A DNA stretch of 64,000 nucleotides from Podarcis liolepis (Eukaryota). The stretch lies in assembly GCA_965112155.1 (NCBI GenBank), contig OZ218104.1; one strand, written 5' to 3'. Below the pieces are notes generated by a model that worked only from the letters and a program-made list of their open reading frames with translations, ran no database searches and was not told where the DNA came from. The translations under genes and the position numbers were made by a program. Numbering within the stretch: the first letter of the stretch is position 1; each line of letters begins with the position of its first letter. Positions 47,763 to 59,532 of this stretch are shown one piece after another.

Positions 47763-49582
47763 TTTGCATTTCAGGCTGTGCATCCTGTCTTTTGTCTGCA
47801 GTCTCCAGGAGAGCGCCACATTTTTTACATGGCAAGCCTAAACCCTTCCTGTACACTGATACTCCCATGTAAATTGTGAATAGAATACACTCATTTTCAC
47901 ATGTATGGAAACCTGGGCCAAATTGTGTTTTGTAGCAAGTGTTCTTAGATGGACCTCTTCAATCCTTTTATGGTTCTGTGATGTGCATACCCAGCAATGG
48001 TGCTTGCTGCATGCAATGGAGGGGCATTGCCCTCAGATTACTGATGCCTGATGGCAAATATAAAGGAGCAGGAAGCTCTGTTTTGGGGACTGATGCTAAG
48101 GCAAAAGCTGTGTGGGGTGTCAATATGTGTGTATGACTATACCATGTGTTGCCCCATCTACTTATAAAGAGAAGGATTGGTTTGCTTTCCCCAGGACTTT
48201 CAATTATGATTTTTGGGAAATGGGAAAGGGAGGGGGGAAAGCTTCTGCTTCTGCTGAAACTCCAGGTTAGAAAAGTAATCTGGGTATTGCTTCCATCAGT
48301 CAGAAGATAAGGCTCCCAGACCTCAGTATCCTTCATCCCTACTGATTTTGGATATGGTATCAATGGTGTCAGGTGCCTGGTGGGGCAGAAGGCAAGGAGC
48401 CCAACAGGATATGGTGTCAGAGCTGATGACTGGCAGAGCCAAGGAATTCTAGTTTTGTCCTCGTCTTCCTCCCTGTTGAGTTTTGTAAGGGCAACACTGA
48501 GATTAAAGAGTAGGAAGTTGACAGACAGTGTCCCAGATTGGCCTAGTGGACCCTAACCCTAACCCTCCACTATGCTATTTATTTCTTTTAAAATATTTAT
48601 AGGTTGCCTTTCCAGATGAAGGCCACTCAAAGTAGCACACAACAGTATTCTGCACAGTGAATTTCTTAATCTTTTTCCTCATTTGCCAAAAATGTTTATT
48701 TCTTTTCTCATAACCCAACTTATTCTCCTACATTACCCATGGGAGTGTACCAGTGTTAGAAACTAAGATATATAATCTAATCACCAAATGGCACCTTAAA
48801 CCTAGGTTACAGTCACCACAATGAATTGTCTAGGTGTCATTCCCCCCACCCCAATTGATTTTTTAAAATCACCATTATTATTTCATTTCTTTTGGTTACC
48901 TATTTATATTTCATAGAACAAATCTCAATGTGGTTTACAACACGCTAAAACATCAGATAAAACAATCCAGAAAACAAATACAAGCTTCAAGGAAAATCTT
49001 TCAAATCCTTCTCTTAGTGACATTTTGCTTTCCCCAGTCACTAACCTGGTATCCAGATATCTCCACGTGGTCGCAATTGCACCCACCAAACACACCTGGT
49101 GCCTGGCTAGTTTCTAACACTGGAGTGTGCATGTGGCTTCTAAGTCATCACCTATCCAGGCACTAATCACCTTAGCTTTAGCAAGATGATGGTTTCCTGT
49201 GCCTCCACCTCAGGCTGCACCCAGGAAAGTATTCTCAGTTCCTGGCCAATTATTTCCATGCATAACAGCTAGAAGCATATTTGCATAGATCTGTGTTAAT
49301 CTAATCAATGTTTTGTGTTTTCAAACTTCACCCCCCCTTCTTTTTGGTGAATACAGAATTTTATAGACTCCCCAATTAAAGACAGTCAGAAAGTGTACTT
49401 TGTATATATACTCAGAACAGCAAAAGAATCCTCTCATTACAGTTAAATTACTCTTTCCGTAATGTTAAAGCAGAGCACCACGAAGTCCTAAATATGAGCA
49501 AGATCCTAGCTATAATTGCAAATCTAGCTGATGTTTCTTACTGGCATGTGTTGAAAAAGCAAATGCGCTTCATTTATATAAC

Positions 49583-49741
49583 CAGTGCTTTTTTCTAAAA
49601 TAAATAAATAAATGTTTAGGGGTACTCCCATTTTCTTACTCATATTGAAATACTGCCCCTCAGTGAGGCCAAACTTAAGTTCACAAAATGTTTAGGGGTA
49701 TGTGTACCCGTGCGTCCTGCCCCCCCCCGAAAAAAGGACTG
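49583..49741. mobile_element. hAT-type MITE in intron 2
   Basis: TIR CAGTGCTTTTTTC / GAAAAAAGGACTG; 8-bp TSD TATATAAC/TATATTAC. Confidence 0.8.
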
Positions 49742-50741
49742 TATATTACATCGGTGAAGCACTTTCAAATGCGCATCTCCCCTCCACCCCCTGCTGATGG
49801 TCTTTTCCTCTAGAGATTTTTTGCAGAGGCGATACAAGATGAATAACTACTTTCAGGGCATCCGGCCTGCACATGTTAAGCTCTCCAATGAGCAATTAGT
49901 GGAGGATTCTTTCAACCAGTTTAACTGGACATTTATAGGGGAAAGGGGTGTCTAATAAAGTAGTTGGCATTGTGATGGCAGTGGGTGGCGAAAATAGATC
50001 GAACTGTGCATGGCCACGCTAAACGAAACACATTTAATAAAAGCGAGGGGTTGTAAAGTCCATCTTGTAGGCAGGAGAAACTTAGGCTGTTAGTTGAACC
50101 AGATGAGCTGTCGTTGGTTATTGATTAAAATGAGGAATTTTAACCTTTTAGCCTTTCGCATGGCCTTCTAGAATGGGAATGGTCAATGTCTGTATTCTAG
50201 GAGGGGGGTACACACACACATTGCTACCCAGGCAATGGTCTGGGGAATGAAAGTGCATATTGCAGCATAAAGGGCTCCCCTGCAAAGTGGTTAAGCTCCA
50301 CAGTAGAGCTGGGTGGTGCTCTGTTCTGGTATCAGAACCCAGGCCTAGCATGCGCAGCAAACAGGTACTTCAACGGTTCTCTTGCCTCTGAAATCCCAAA
50401 GAATGATGTCTCATTAAAGGTGTGAACTAGCTCTATTTTTGCACAACTTTCAATGTTGTTTCCCCAACCCCCTTCCTTGGCAAGTGCAAAGCGTAGGCGG
50501 GCCGTTTGAACCTTCCTCTTGGTGTTTGCTTGCTGCCTCTTTTCCCTTCCCACCTTTATTCAGTCACAGAACTTGAGGGAAGTCTGGCAGAGTTCCTACA
50601 TGGTCCAGACACCAACCAGAGCCAATCCTACTTAGCTTCAACAAGGTGCCTGTGTCATACGTCCTCAAACTAGGCTTAGGGAAAACTGAGGTGCCATAGA
50701 CTGCCCGCAGCCTGCCAGCTGGCCATCTATCTGCTATAGAT

Positions 50742-51090
50742 CAGGTGTGGGGAATCTCAGACCAAAGGCCCAAATATGCACTGCCACAGGACACCCTCCT
50801 TTAGTCATATCCCTACTTCTGAAGCCATAACCCTCACCAGCATTGCTTGATACCACCTTTAGGGGTTGTTTTTGCTTGGCTAGAATGTATCCTTCCTCTC
50901 TGATGATGCCTCTCACTTGCCTGGACTGAGGACCAAGAGAGAGAGTTGTGTGTAGAAACTTACCCACTTTGCACAACTGTGCATATATTTCTATATATCT
51001 CCACCTACTTTGGTCTCTGGCTTGTGGCCCCTGGACAGTTGCCTAGAAGGGAATGTGACCCATAGGCTCAAAAGCTATTCCCCACCCCTT
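50742..51090. mobile_element. hAT-Charlie-type MITE ending 100 bp upstream of exon 3
   Basis: TIR CAGGTGTGGGGAA / TTCCCCACCCCTT; 8-bp TSD CTATAGAT/CTGTAGAC. Confidence 0.65.
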
Positions 51091-51190
51091 CTGTAGACAG
51101 CAAGAACCAACAGTGGAGATGCAGTATTTTCAGGTATTTTTGACCACCGTGAAAATAACGCCTGCCGCTGCTAACCAGTCTCTCTTTCAG

Positions 51191-51631
51191 GTTCACATGG
51201 GGACGCACATGTGGAACAGCACACCTGCCCGGCGAGGCAGACGGCTTTCTGTGGATGGCCCCATGACTTTTCTCGGAAGCAACCCTGTAAAGTTCCCAGA
51301 CATCTTTCCAAAAGAGTTGGCTGTGAGGTCGGGAAATGGAGACCCATCCAGCTTCTGGAATCAGTACGCCGCGGCTCTCTCTAACGGCTTGGCGATGAAG
51401 ACGAATGAGATCTCGGTCATTCAGAATGGTGGCATCCCTCCAATTCCTGGGAGCCTGGGCAATGGGAGCAGCTCCCCGATTAGCGGCTTGACGGGCAGTC
51501 TGGAGAAGCTCCAGAACTCGGAACCTAACGCGCCTCTAGCTGGTCTGGAGAAAATGGCAGGCAGCGATAATGGGACTAATTTCCGCTTCACGCGCTTTGT
51601 GGAAGACGGCAAAGAGATTGTAACCAATTAG
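51191..51631 (+). CDS. SALL1: SALL1 coding exon 3 (441 nt including TAG)
   Basis: Acceptor TCTCTTTCAG|; [20 protein letters not shown] completes the last zinc finger; SALL1-type C-terminus [17 protein letters not shown]. 76+3422+441 = 3939 nt, in frame. Confidence 0.98.
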   Translation, partial: VHMGTHMWNSTPARRGRRLSVDGPMTFLGSNPVKFPDIFPKELAVRSGNGDPSSFWNQYAAALSNGLAMKTNEISVIQNGGIPPIPGSLGNGSSSPISGLTGSLEKLQNSEPNAPLAGLEKMAGSDNGTNFRFTRFVEDGKEIVTN

Positions 51632-52865
51632 GACACGTGTTACGAACATTCCGGCAGATATTGCAACCTAAGGTTGTTCAGGTTTTTGTTTTCTTTGGAA
51701 GTTGGGGGGTGGGGGCGAATTGACAAAGTGACATTAAAAAAAGACATTCTTTTGTACCCTGTTCGACATCTAGAGTTCTAAAAACAGCTTATTTATTAGT
51801 GATATAACTTTTTTTTTTTTTTTTTTTTTGCTTTGCAAACACATGCAAGCATTAACTTTGGTCTTCTGTATTTTGAACTAAATACTAATTGACTAGAGTG
51901 CTGTAACATTTATGGCAATGCAAGTCTGTTCAGCTAGGTGGTCTCGTTCTGGCATTTAACTTATTTTCTATATCCAGTTTAACATGAACTTTTTGTGGGG
52001 GCGACACAGTGCCTCCGTAATCCATTTCTCCCACCCACCCATCACCCCTCCCCCTCGTAACAAAAAGTCTGTATATGTGTATACTTCGATCCCGATGGGG
52101 AAAAGAGATTTATCGGCAAATACGTTGTTTAATTCTCCAAACAGATTTGCGCACAGGATTTGAAAATGGACAATATAAAATTCAACTATATGCATCCTCC
52201 ACAACAGGCTCGATTTGTTTTTTGGTTTTGAAATTTTTATTCTAAAATTAAAACAGTTTTTTTTTTTGTGGGGAGGGTGTGTGCGTTAAGACTTAACTTT
52301 CTCCCTCCTTTTTGAATTGTCCTTCATACTGTGCTTGAGGTTTTTGGTTTGTTTTGTTTTTTTACTGAAGTTGTCTTAGATGTTAATAAGTTTCTGTACA
52401 GTAAACAAGCAAGCAGATGATTAGAGGAGGTCCAAAAATGTTTTTGGTAGTTTGAAACATTTTGCCTTGTAGGTATATTCACATAGAGGGAGAGACAGAG
52501 AGAATGGGGTGGAAAGTGCTGGACATTGTGCTGCTATAAAAAGCATCTTGATCAACCTTCCATGGACAAATTCAGATGCTCCTGTATATACGATGAGAAA
52601 TCTCGAGTTCATTAAAATGTACATATGTTCCCCGTGAGCTCAAACCCAGCTTCTTGACCGAGAGAACAAGAATAGTGTTTGTTTTATTTTGTATTAGGTC
52701 TGGGGGGGGGGGTGAGTGGGAAGAATCCTTTGGACTGTTACATGCACTTTCTTGGATAACTGAAAGGAAATAGGTCCAGTTTCTTCTAACATTTAATACT
52801 TAACTAACAGCAGAGATACTGTAATTTTACGCGAGTAATCAAATACATTTTTTTTTCAACAGATG
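51632..52865 (+). other. SALL1: SALL1 3' UTR (end inferred)
   Basis: U-rich and TE-free; variant poly(A) signals ATTAAA (51733, 52247, 52611) and AATACA (52842) followed by a GT-rich tract. Confidence 0.55.
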
Positions 52866-53891
52866 ACGTTGGTAATTTTCTCTGTGTTTGTGTTTAAAAG
52901 TGAGGGGCTTTTCTTCCAGAACGGCTCTGGATGTGGCCCTTTGGGTTGTATGTTCCTTTTAAGAAAATAAGGGGATGTGGTATATGACATTACACAGAGA
53001 GGTGTACGTGCAAGTATACTACCCCCCCCCCAAAAAAAACCCCTTCATGGCCAATGTTCAGGAAGGATGATGGGAGTTGGAGTCTGAGAGATGACTCACT
53101 TAAGTCTGTTAATTTCTTTCGGTCTAGTGAATTTGGTTGGATAGAACCCACCTTTTTCTATTTATGTCTAATCCCGTTCTGGGACTGGCTTCTCCGTTTT
53201 CTTCTCCTTCAATCCATCCGTCCCTTGTCTCTCTCCTTCCAGTTAATTCTCTTCCTTCCCTTCCACTTATGTGGATCTTCCCTCCGTTGCCTTTCTTGTC
53301 TCCTCTACCTTTTCCCCTTTACTCCCCTTCAATTTGGTAAGCTGCAACCACCCTCTCCAGCTTCCACCTATTTGACCCATATATCGGAAGCTGTGATGGC
53401 TTGCATTGGCCCACCCAAAAGCTATGCAGATGGGACCACAAAGCTGAGTTCCATCTGAAAGTAAGCGAAGGTTCCCTAGCAGGCCCCAGTCCTCAATGAG
53501 AAAAACACTGCTCTTGAGTAGGCTTGTAAATGACTACTTGTGGCTAGTCAGAATTTCCTTCAGGACAACCAAAGTTGATTGGATTGTTTTTCACCTGGGC
53601 AGTCAATCTGCTACAAATGACCAAAGCAGGCATTGTGTTGAAAGGGCTACTAACTTGAATAGACATTTTTACAAGGCTTCTCTAGAGCAGAAAGTAGTTT
53701 GGAACTTTCCATAGAGCATACAAGAACTTTAACAGATTCTTAGCCTTCCTAAGAATACAAACATTGATGTATTTGATGGATGTTTGAATGACCTCAATAG
53801 GGATATCATCTAAAAACAGTTTGAAGTCCATATCGTGATTCTTGTTTTGTAATTTTTGACCTGGCAATATATTGCGAATCATGATGTATGT

Positions 53892-54469
53892 TAGGGCTGA
53901 GCGATGTCTTTCAACATTGTGATATATCACCAGTTAAACATCACAATATACCAATATATCATGATGTCTGAAATAAGGATGTAACTATGCAGAGGTAAAT
54001 GGGGTAATGTCCTGGAAACTGCTACTACTAGGGGTCTAAAACTGATACATTATTACTTACCTTTAACATATCGTTACAACTGTTATTTTATAGAACAGAG
54101 GAACAGGGACAGAAGGAATCATGAGAGAAGTAATGACTGGCTTCACGGCTATTTCCACATCACACTTTTTTTTACATAGCACACCCAAGCATCATGATTT
54201 GCAATATATCGCAGTGTTGAATATTATGAAACAGTTACCACAATGTGAATGTCAAACCGATTTTGGACAATGTATCAATACATTGCCCAGCCCTAGTACG
54301 TGTGTGTATGTGTGCTATGCAAAAGTCACAATGCAGGAAGAAACCGTGAAGCCAGCCAATGGCTCTACATAGCTCCATCCTTATTTCAGACATTGTGATA
54401 TATTGGTATATTGTGATATTTAGCTGGTGATATATCATGATGCCGAAAACCAGATATCTCCCAGCCCTT
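53892..54469. mobile_element. hAT-type element (53892-54295) plus inverted partial second copy (about 54320-54469)
   Basis: TIR TAGGGCTG(A/G)GC at both ends of copy 1; 54361-54469 is the reverse complement of 53892-53995. Confidence 0.75.
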
Positions 54470-54494
54470 GTCCTCAGATACTGTATATTGGGAT

Positions 54495-54732
54495 CTTCAT
54501 GGAGGATAAGGCTATCAGGCGCCTCTAGCCATAATGGCTAAATTCTACTTCCACTGTTGGAGGCAGGGTGCTTCTGAATTCAAGTTGCTGAGGATCACAG
54601 ATTGAGAGAATGCTTCTGTGCTCTGGTCCTATTTGCAGTCTTCCCAGCAGTATCAGGTTGGCCACTGTGTGAACAGAATACTGGATTAGATAGATGGGCC
54701 TTTGGCCTGATGTAGCAAGGCTCTTCTTATGT
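54495..54732 (+). mobile_element. CR1 LINE 3' fragment
   Basis: TTCATGGAGGATAAGGCTATC..GGTTGGCCACTGTGTGAACAGAAT..GGCTCTTCTTATGT. More minus-strand copies at about 20203-20400, 60168-60570 and 62661-62900. Confidence 0.75.
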
Positions 54733-54780
54733 ACACTATTTGATTAAATTACCTTTTTACATGCTTGCTAAGAGGCTAGT

Positions 54781-55035
54781 TGCTCGGTCCCTGCTCCTGC
54801 CAACCTAGCAGTTCGAAAGCACGAAGTGCAGGTAGATAAATAGGTACCACTCCGGCGGGAAGGTAAACAGCATTTCTGTGCATTGCTCTGGTTCACCAGA
54901 AGCGGCTTAGTCATGCTGGCTACATGACCCGGAAGTTGTACGCCGGCTCCCTCGGCCAATAAAGCGAGATGAACGCCGCAACCCCAGAGTCTGCCATGAC
55001 TGGACCTAATGGTCTGGGGTCCCTTTACCTTTATG
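54781..55035 (+). mobile_element. Sauria/Squam1-type SINE, 5'-truncated
   Basis: Matches the 3' ~250 bp of the other two copies; perfect 12-bp TSD TAAGAGGCTAGT (54769-54780, 55036-55047). Confidence 0.92.
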
Positions 55036-55085
55036 TAAGAGGCTAGTAAGTTTAAGTTTCTATGCTGGGCACAGAGAAACAGGTT

Positions 55086-55254
55086 AGCACCACTGTAGCT
55101 AATGGGGCCTCCTGCTGCCACTGTGCCGCCGGAGCACAATTTCTGTTCTTATCCTGAAGCAAAGTTCTTAACCTGAAGCACTATTTCTGGGTTAGCAGAG
55201 TCTGTAACCTGAAGCGTATGTAACCTGAAGCGTATGTAACCCAAGGTACCACTG
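55086..55254. mobile_element. Tigger-like MITE, left end missing
   Basis: Matches the right 170 bp of 55725-55966; ends GGTACCACTG|TA. Confidence 0.85.
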
Positions 55255-55724
55255 TAAAAGAAAAGTTCCGTACTCAATGCATTGGCCCTCTGTTTACTAT
55301 ACCTGGCCTGAGCAAAGTGAAATGTTGAGCTGACTGCTTTTCACATGTGTTAATAGCTCTGAAGAGGTTTTGGCTCTCCAGTTTGCAAATCTGGCTGCCG
55401 AAGGAGCTCTTGTGAGCCAGCGGAGATAGAACACTTGTCACAGATGTGCTAAAGAATTGGTGGTAAATCCTCCACCTTTGTGTCAGGCTTTGGCAAGTGT
55501 TGAGGATTGCCTTCTCTGCTCTATGACGTGTGGGTGTTTTTCTTTCTTTCTTTAAAGGTTTAAATCCTATGATATGGAAACAATTACCAAATGCTAAAAA
55601 GGGAAATGGAAAGCAGAAAATGCCTGCTCTTACTCTTCCTATTTGAATCTGGATCAAATTGTACTTTTTGAAATTGTGAATCAAACCTTTAGTCCATCAG
55701 TTTGATTAGGATCAAAATATAATA

Positions 55725-55966
55725 CAGTGGTACCTCGGGTTAAGTACTTAATTCGTTCCGGAGGTCCGTTCTTAACCTGAAACTGTTCTTAACCTGAAGC
55801 ACCACTTTAGCTAATGGGGCCTCCCGCTGCTGCTGCGCCAGCGGAGCACAATTTCTCTTCTCATCCTGAAGCAAAGTTCTTAACCTGAAGCACTATTTCT
55901 GGGTTAGCGAAGTCTGTAACCTGAAGCGTATGTAACCTGAAGCATATGTAATCTGAGGTACCACTG
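55725..55966. mobile_element. Tigger-like MITE, 242 bp
   Basis: TIR CAGTGGTACCTC, TA TSD, repeated TAACCTGA subterminal motifs. Confidence 0.92.
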
Positions 55967-56224
55967 TATTTATGTGGGGGGCACAAACTATTTGCAATAT
56001 GAGCTGATGCAGTTGTGAGGATGCCTTATTTATACAAATTGGCCAGAAGCACTTGTTGAATTAAGGTACTTCTGGGTGGGGAAAAGCTGCAGTTATAAAT
56101 GGGGAAACTGAGGAAAATGAGGCAACTTGGGAGTGGGTGGAGCTCCCCCCTTGCTAAAGCTGGATCCCACTGCAGTTTCCTGCCCCACTTCCCCTAGATA
56201 TCGCCTAAGGGTACCCACATCCCT

Positions 56225-56540
56225 CAGAAGCAGCTGCATACGCATGCCCTCCAACATTTCTCTGATGAAAATAGGGACATCCTATTCTATAACGATAATT
56301 TTACTATTTATACCCCACTAAGTTGCCCCAGCCACTCTGGGCAGCTTCCATCATATATAATAACATAATAAAACATTAAACATTAAAAAACCCCTTCCCT
56401 ATACAGGATTGCCTTCAAATGGCTCGGGGGTCGGATAACTCCATACCCTCCAACATTTCTCTAATGAAAATAGGGACATTCTAAGGAAAAGCGGAACATT
56501 CCGGGATCAAATGAGAAACTGGGATGGCTTCTCTAAGGGG
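56225..56540. repeat. Unclassified lizard repeat with a 34-bp internal direct repeat
   Basis: CCCTCCAACATTTCTCT(G/A)ATGAAAATAGGGACAT at 56247-56280 and 56446-56479. Confidence 0.6.
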
Positions 56541-59532
56541 TGCAAAGTGCTTACATGACTTCAGAGCCTCCTTGATAAGTAAAACTGCATTTGTCTCCTG
56601 ATCATTTATTTCCAGAGACACTTTATAATCTACTAATACTGTCTAAATAAAGTATGGGGCAATCCTTGGCTCCGCGCCCTGTAGGGCTATTTTGGCTATC
56701 ATATATGACATCAGACACAAGGCATTTCCAACTTATTTTCTGAATTCTTCGAAAGGGACAGACTTGTGGCTTCCCACCAACTGCTTTTACTGGAGGGGGG
56801 GGGAATATGTTGTAGAGCTTTAGAGAAGGGTGACTCTTGCCCAGATGCTTTCTGGGTTTTGGCTTTCTGTGTGTGGTTTTGTTTTGGTTTTGCCTATCTC
56901 TCCCACAAAGCCTGGCTCATTGTCCTGAGTCATCTGAAGCTCTTTGATCTCCATGCTCCTTTTTTTGAACCCTGCCTGCTCTCTCTGTCCTGTGAATTGC
57001 ATAAGTTGCTCTCTCTACAGGCTTAGGGTGCTTGATAGTTCTAGATGGCTTTTTGATCCCTTTTCTCACTAGGAAGACGACATAATGAAATGAACGGACA
57101 ATGCATTTTGGGGTGATGCAAAAAGAGGTAACTGGTGACTCTGCTTATTTATTTATTTAAAATAGGCAAGTATTTGGGGGAAAGGTCCACCACTTAGCTT
57201 CTGCTCCCCTTGCCCCCACTTCCTAGAAGATGTACTCAAAGTGCGATTGGGGGCTTCCAGGTGGGGACTTAATGCTGGCAACAGGTCATTCAGATATGGG
57301 GCTGTGACTACACACTGCCATTTACTCTGCATCCAGTGTGCTCCCACTGCTGGTTTGGGAAGCAGCATGTCAGCAGCCACAATCCAAATCTATTCTGTTG
57401 TTCTTTGGAAACACTGTGTTTCCCCACAAACCAGCTTCGATCTGAACTGAGCAGAAGAGAAATTCAGCTGCATTTTAAGCTGGTAAATGTGTATTCAGCT
57501 GGGTCTATTGGTAACAAAATAAATAAATAAAGGACTTACTGGATTTACCCCAGAAATGGATTAAATGGAAGGAAAATCCATTTGTGTCTGGATGCCAGTG
57601 GCATCTTGTGGGCTCTGTACCACCCCAAACCCCAAACCCCGACATGCATTAGGAACTCCTGTCTTGCAATACACAACCATCTTTAAGCACCCTTAGTTTG
57701 AATTGTTTTAAATGTGGAAGTTGGGGGGGGGGAGGTTTTTAAATAGAGGCCACATTTACAACATACGTTTAAAGAACTATGATGTCACTTTCTCCAGAAA
57801 ATCCTGGGAGTCGTAGTTACACATGCTGAGAGTTGTTAGGAGGCCCCGTTCCCATTCCCAAAGTTCCCTGGAAAGAGACCTGGAGTTGCTTAAACCACTC
57901 TGAGAATTGTAGTTCTGTGAGCCTGTATCTCAGTGGCACTTGCTCTGCATGCGGAAGGTCCTAGGCTCTAGGCTGTGCCTGGTGAGCTGGGAAGCTCCCC
58001 TGTCTGAAATCCTGGGCTACATAGATTTTGGGGTCCAAGGGAGCTTCCTACGTCTCCTGCCTTTAAATGATGGGTGCTGCTCCACCAGTGGCTCTCTACA
58101 ATTCACATGTAGAGGAGACTCTGCTCCGAGAGCAGCTGTTTTGTTTTGTTCCTTTGCTTCTTAAAACCTTGCTCTATTGAAATCCTTGGCACAGGATGCC
58201 AGCTGGGCTTGAGCACAAAAGCGCCTGCAGCTACTTTTTGGACACAGTGATCAGGTGCTGCTCCCTCGAGTGAAGCATCTGTGAGAAGGGCAGGAAACAC
58301 AAACAAATGACACCCAACGCGAAGAATGTGGAAGGTCGTGAAATAACTCCAGGCTCAACCGGCCTGTGCTTTTGTACCTGGAAGTATCAGGTGGCAGCCG
58401 TTCCCATTTCAGCCGGATCCTTCTCGATTATTTTTGGCACGGCGAGTGTCCCAAGAGCACCTGAACTGTGGGAGCTGGTCAGGCGTGGTCTAGGTCCGCA
58501 CCTGGCCTGGGTAAGAGAGAAAGAGCTCACTGAGGAGCAGGAAGGCATCCTGGGTGGGCAGTGGGCCTTTCCCCTATGGAGATCCAGGGTTGTGGGCCTC
58601 CCCTGCTGCAAGCGCTGTCACTTCTGAGCATGGAGTTCTTGCGCCACTTCTGTGCAAATGCAACTCCTCCTCCTTTTCAAATGGAGGGAAATTTCACAAA
58701 CTGGACCTCCAGTCAGCATCTTTCAGATGAACCTACCACATAGGCTTGTTGTGTGTGAGCAAAAGGGCAGGACAGAAGAACAGAGTATATGTCACTCTCC
58801 ACTTCTTAGGAAATGGGTGCAATAAAAATCAAGTGATGGGGAAGATCAGTGCCCATGCATGTATGAACCAATAGCTAAGCTTCTAGCCCCTGTGATTTCT
58901 GTGCTCTCTGTTTTATTCTGCATGGCTTTTAAAAAGCACTTCAACCACACAGAGCACACCACACAGTTTGGGAATCATTAATTATATTTATTTTTATCCC
59001 AAATTCTTTCCCTTTTTTAAAAGAAAAGAAAAGAGAGAGAGGTAGGGAGTCTCGTGAACCAGGCCAGAGTGTTGCTTTGCTATAAACAGTGCCAGAATTT
59101 CACCCACAGCGCAGGGCTGCTCTCTATTCCTGGGCTGACCTATGCACAACAATGGGCTGTGCTCTCTCTGCTGGCTTTGTCAAAGCAGTAATTAACCAAC
59201 CTTCTCTCCCTGGAGCTGTGCATATTCGTGCTGGCACCATCAATAAAAGCCAGCGTGCATAGAAGAAAGCAAACAACACATTCAAGGAGCCTTCGAAGGC
59301 CTTTAAGCAGAGGGGGTAAATCAATCGGTGTTTGTCAAATGGATAAAATAAAGGCAAAAGGCATTGGGGAGGGGGATTCGGTTACCTAAAGTCTTTTCAG
59401 CCCAAATGCTTTTAAAAGTTTTTTTTAAAAAACAAAACATGTAACTTTCCCCTCTGGTGTATGTGTGCAGTTCTTGGTTTTAGTGGTGTTATAAACTCCT
59501 GACTTGGTTCATTGGAGTTCTGCTGAGAGGCA

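Noticed and set aside
48551-48566. CCCTAACCCTAACCCT telomere-like repeat in intron 2
   Set aside because: Under three units; too short to call an interstitial telomeric sequence.
51113-51190. 172-aa ORF as a separate gene
   Set aside because: Intron 2 sequence in frame with SALL1 exon 3.
14838-55139. Three similar ORFs (14838-15101, 17090-17353, 54768-55139) suggesting a small gene family
   Set aside because: They are antisense translations of the Sauria SINE copies.
55725-55966. Regularly spaced TAACCTGA repeats suggesting a CRISPR-like array
   Set aside because: Eukaryotic context; these are subterminal repeats of a TIR/TA-flanked MITE with no unique spacers.
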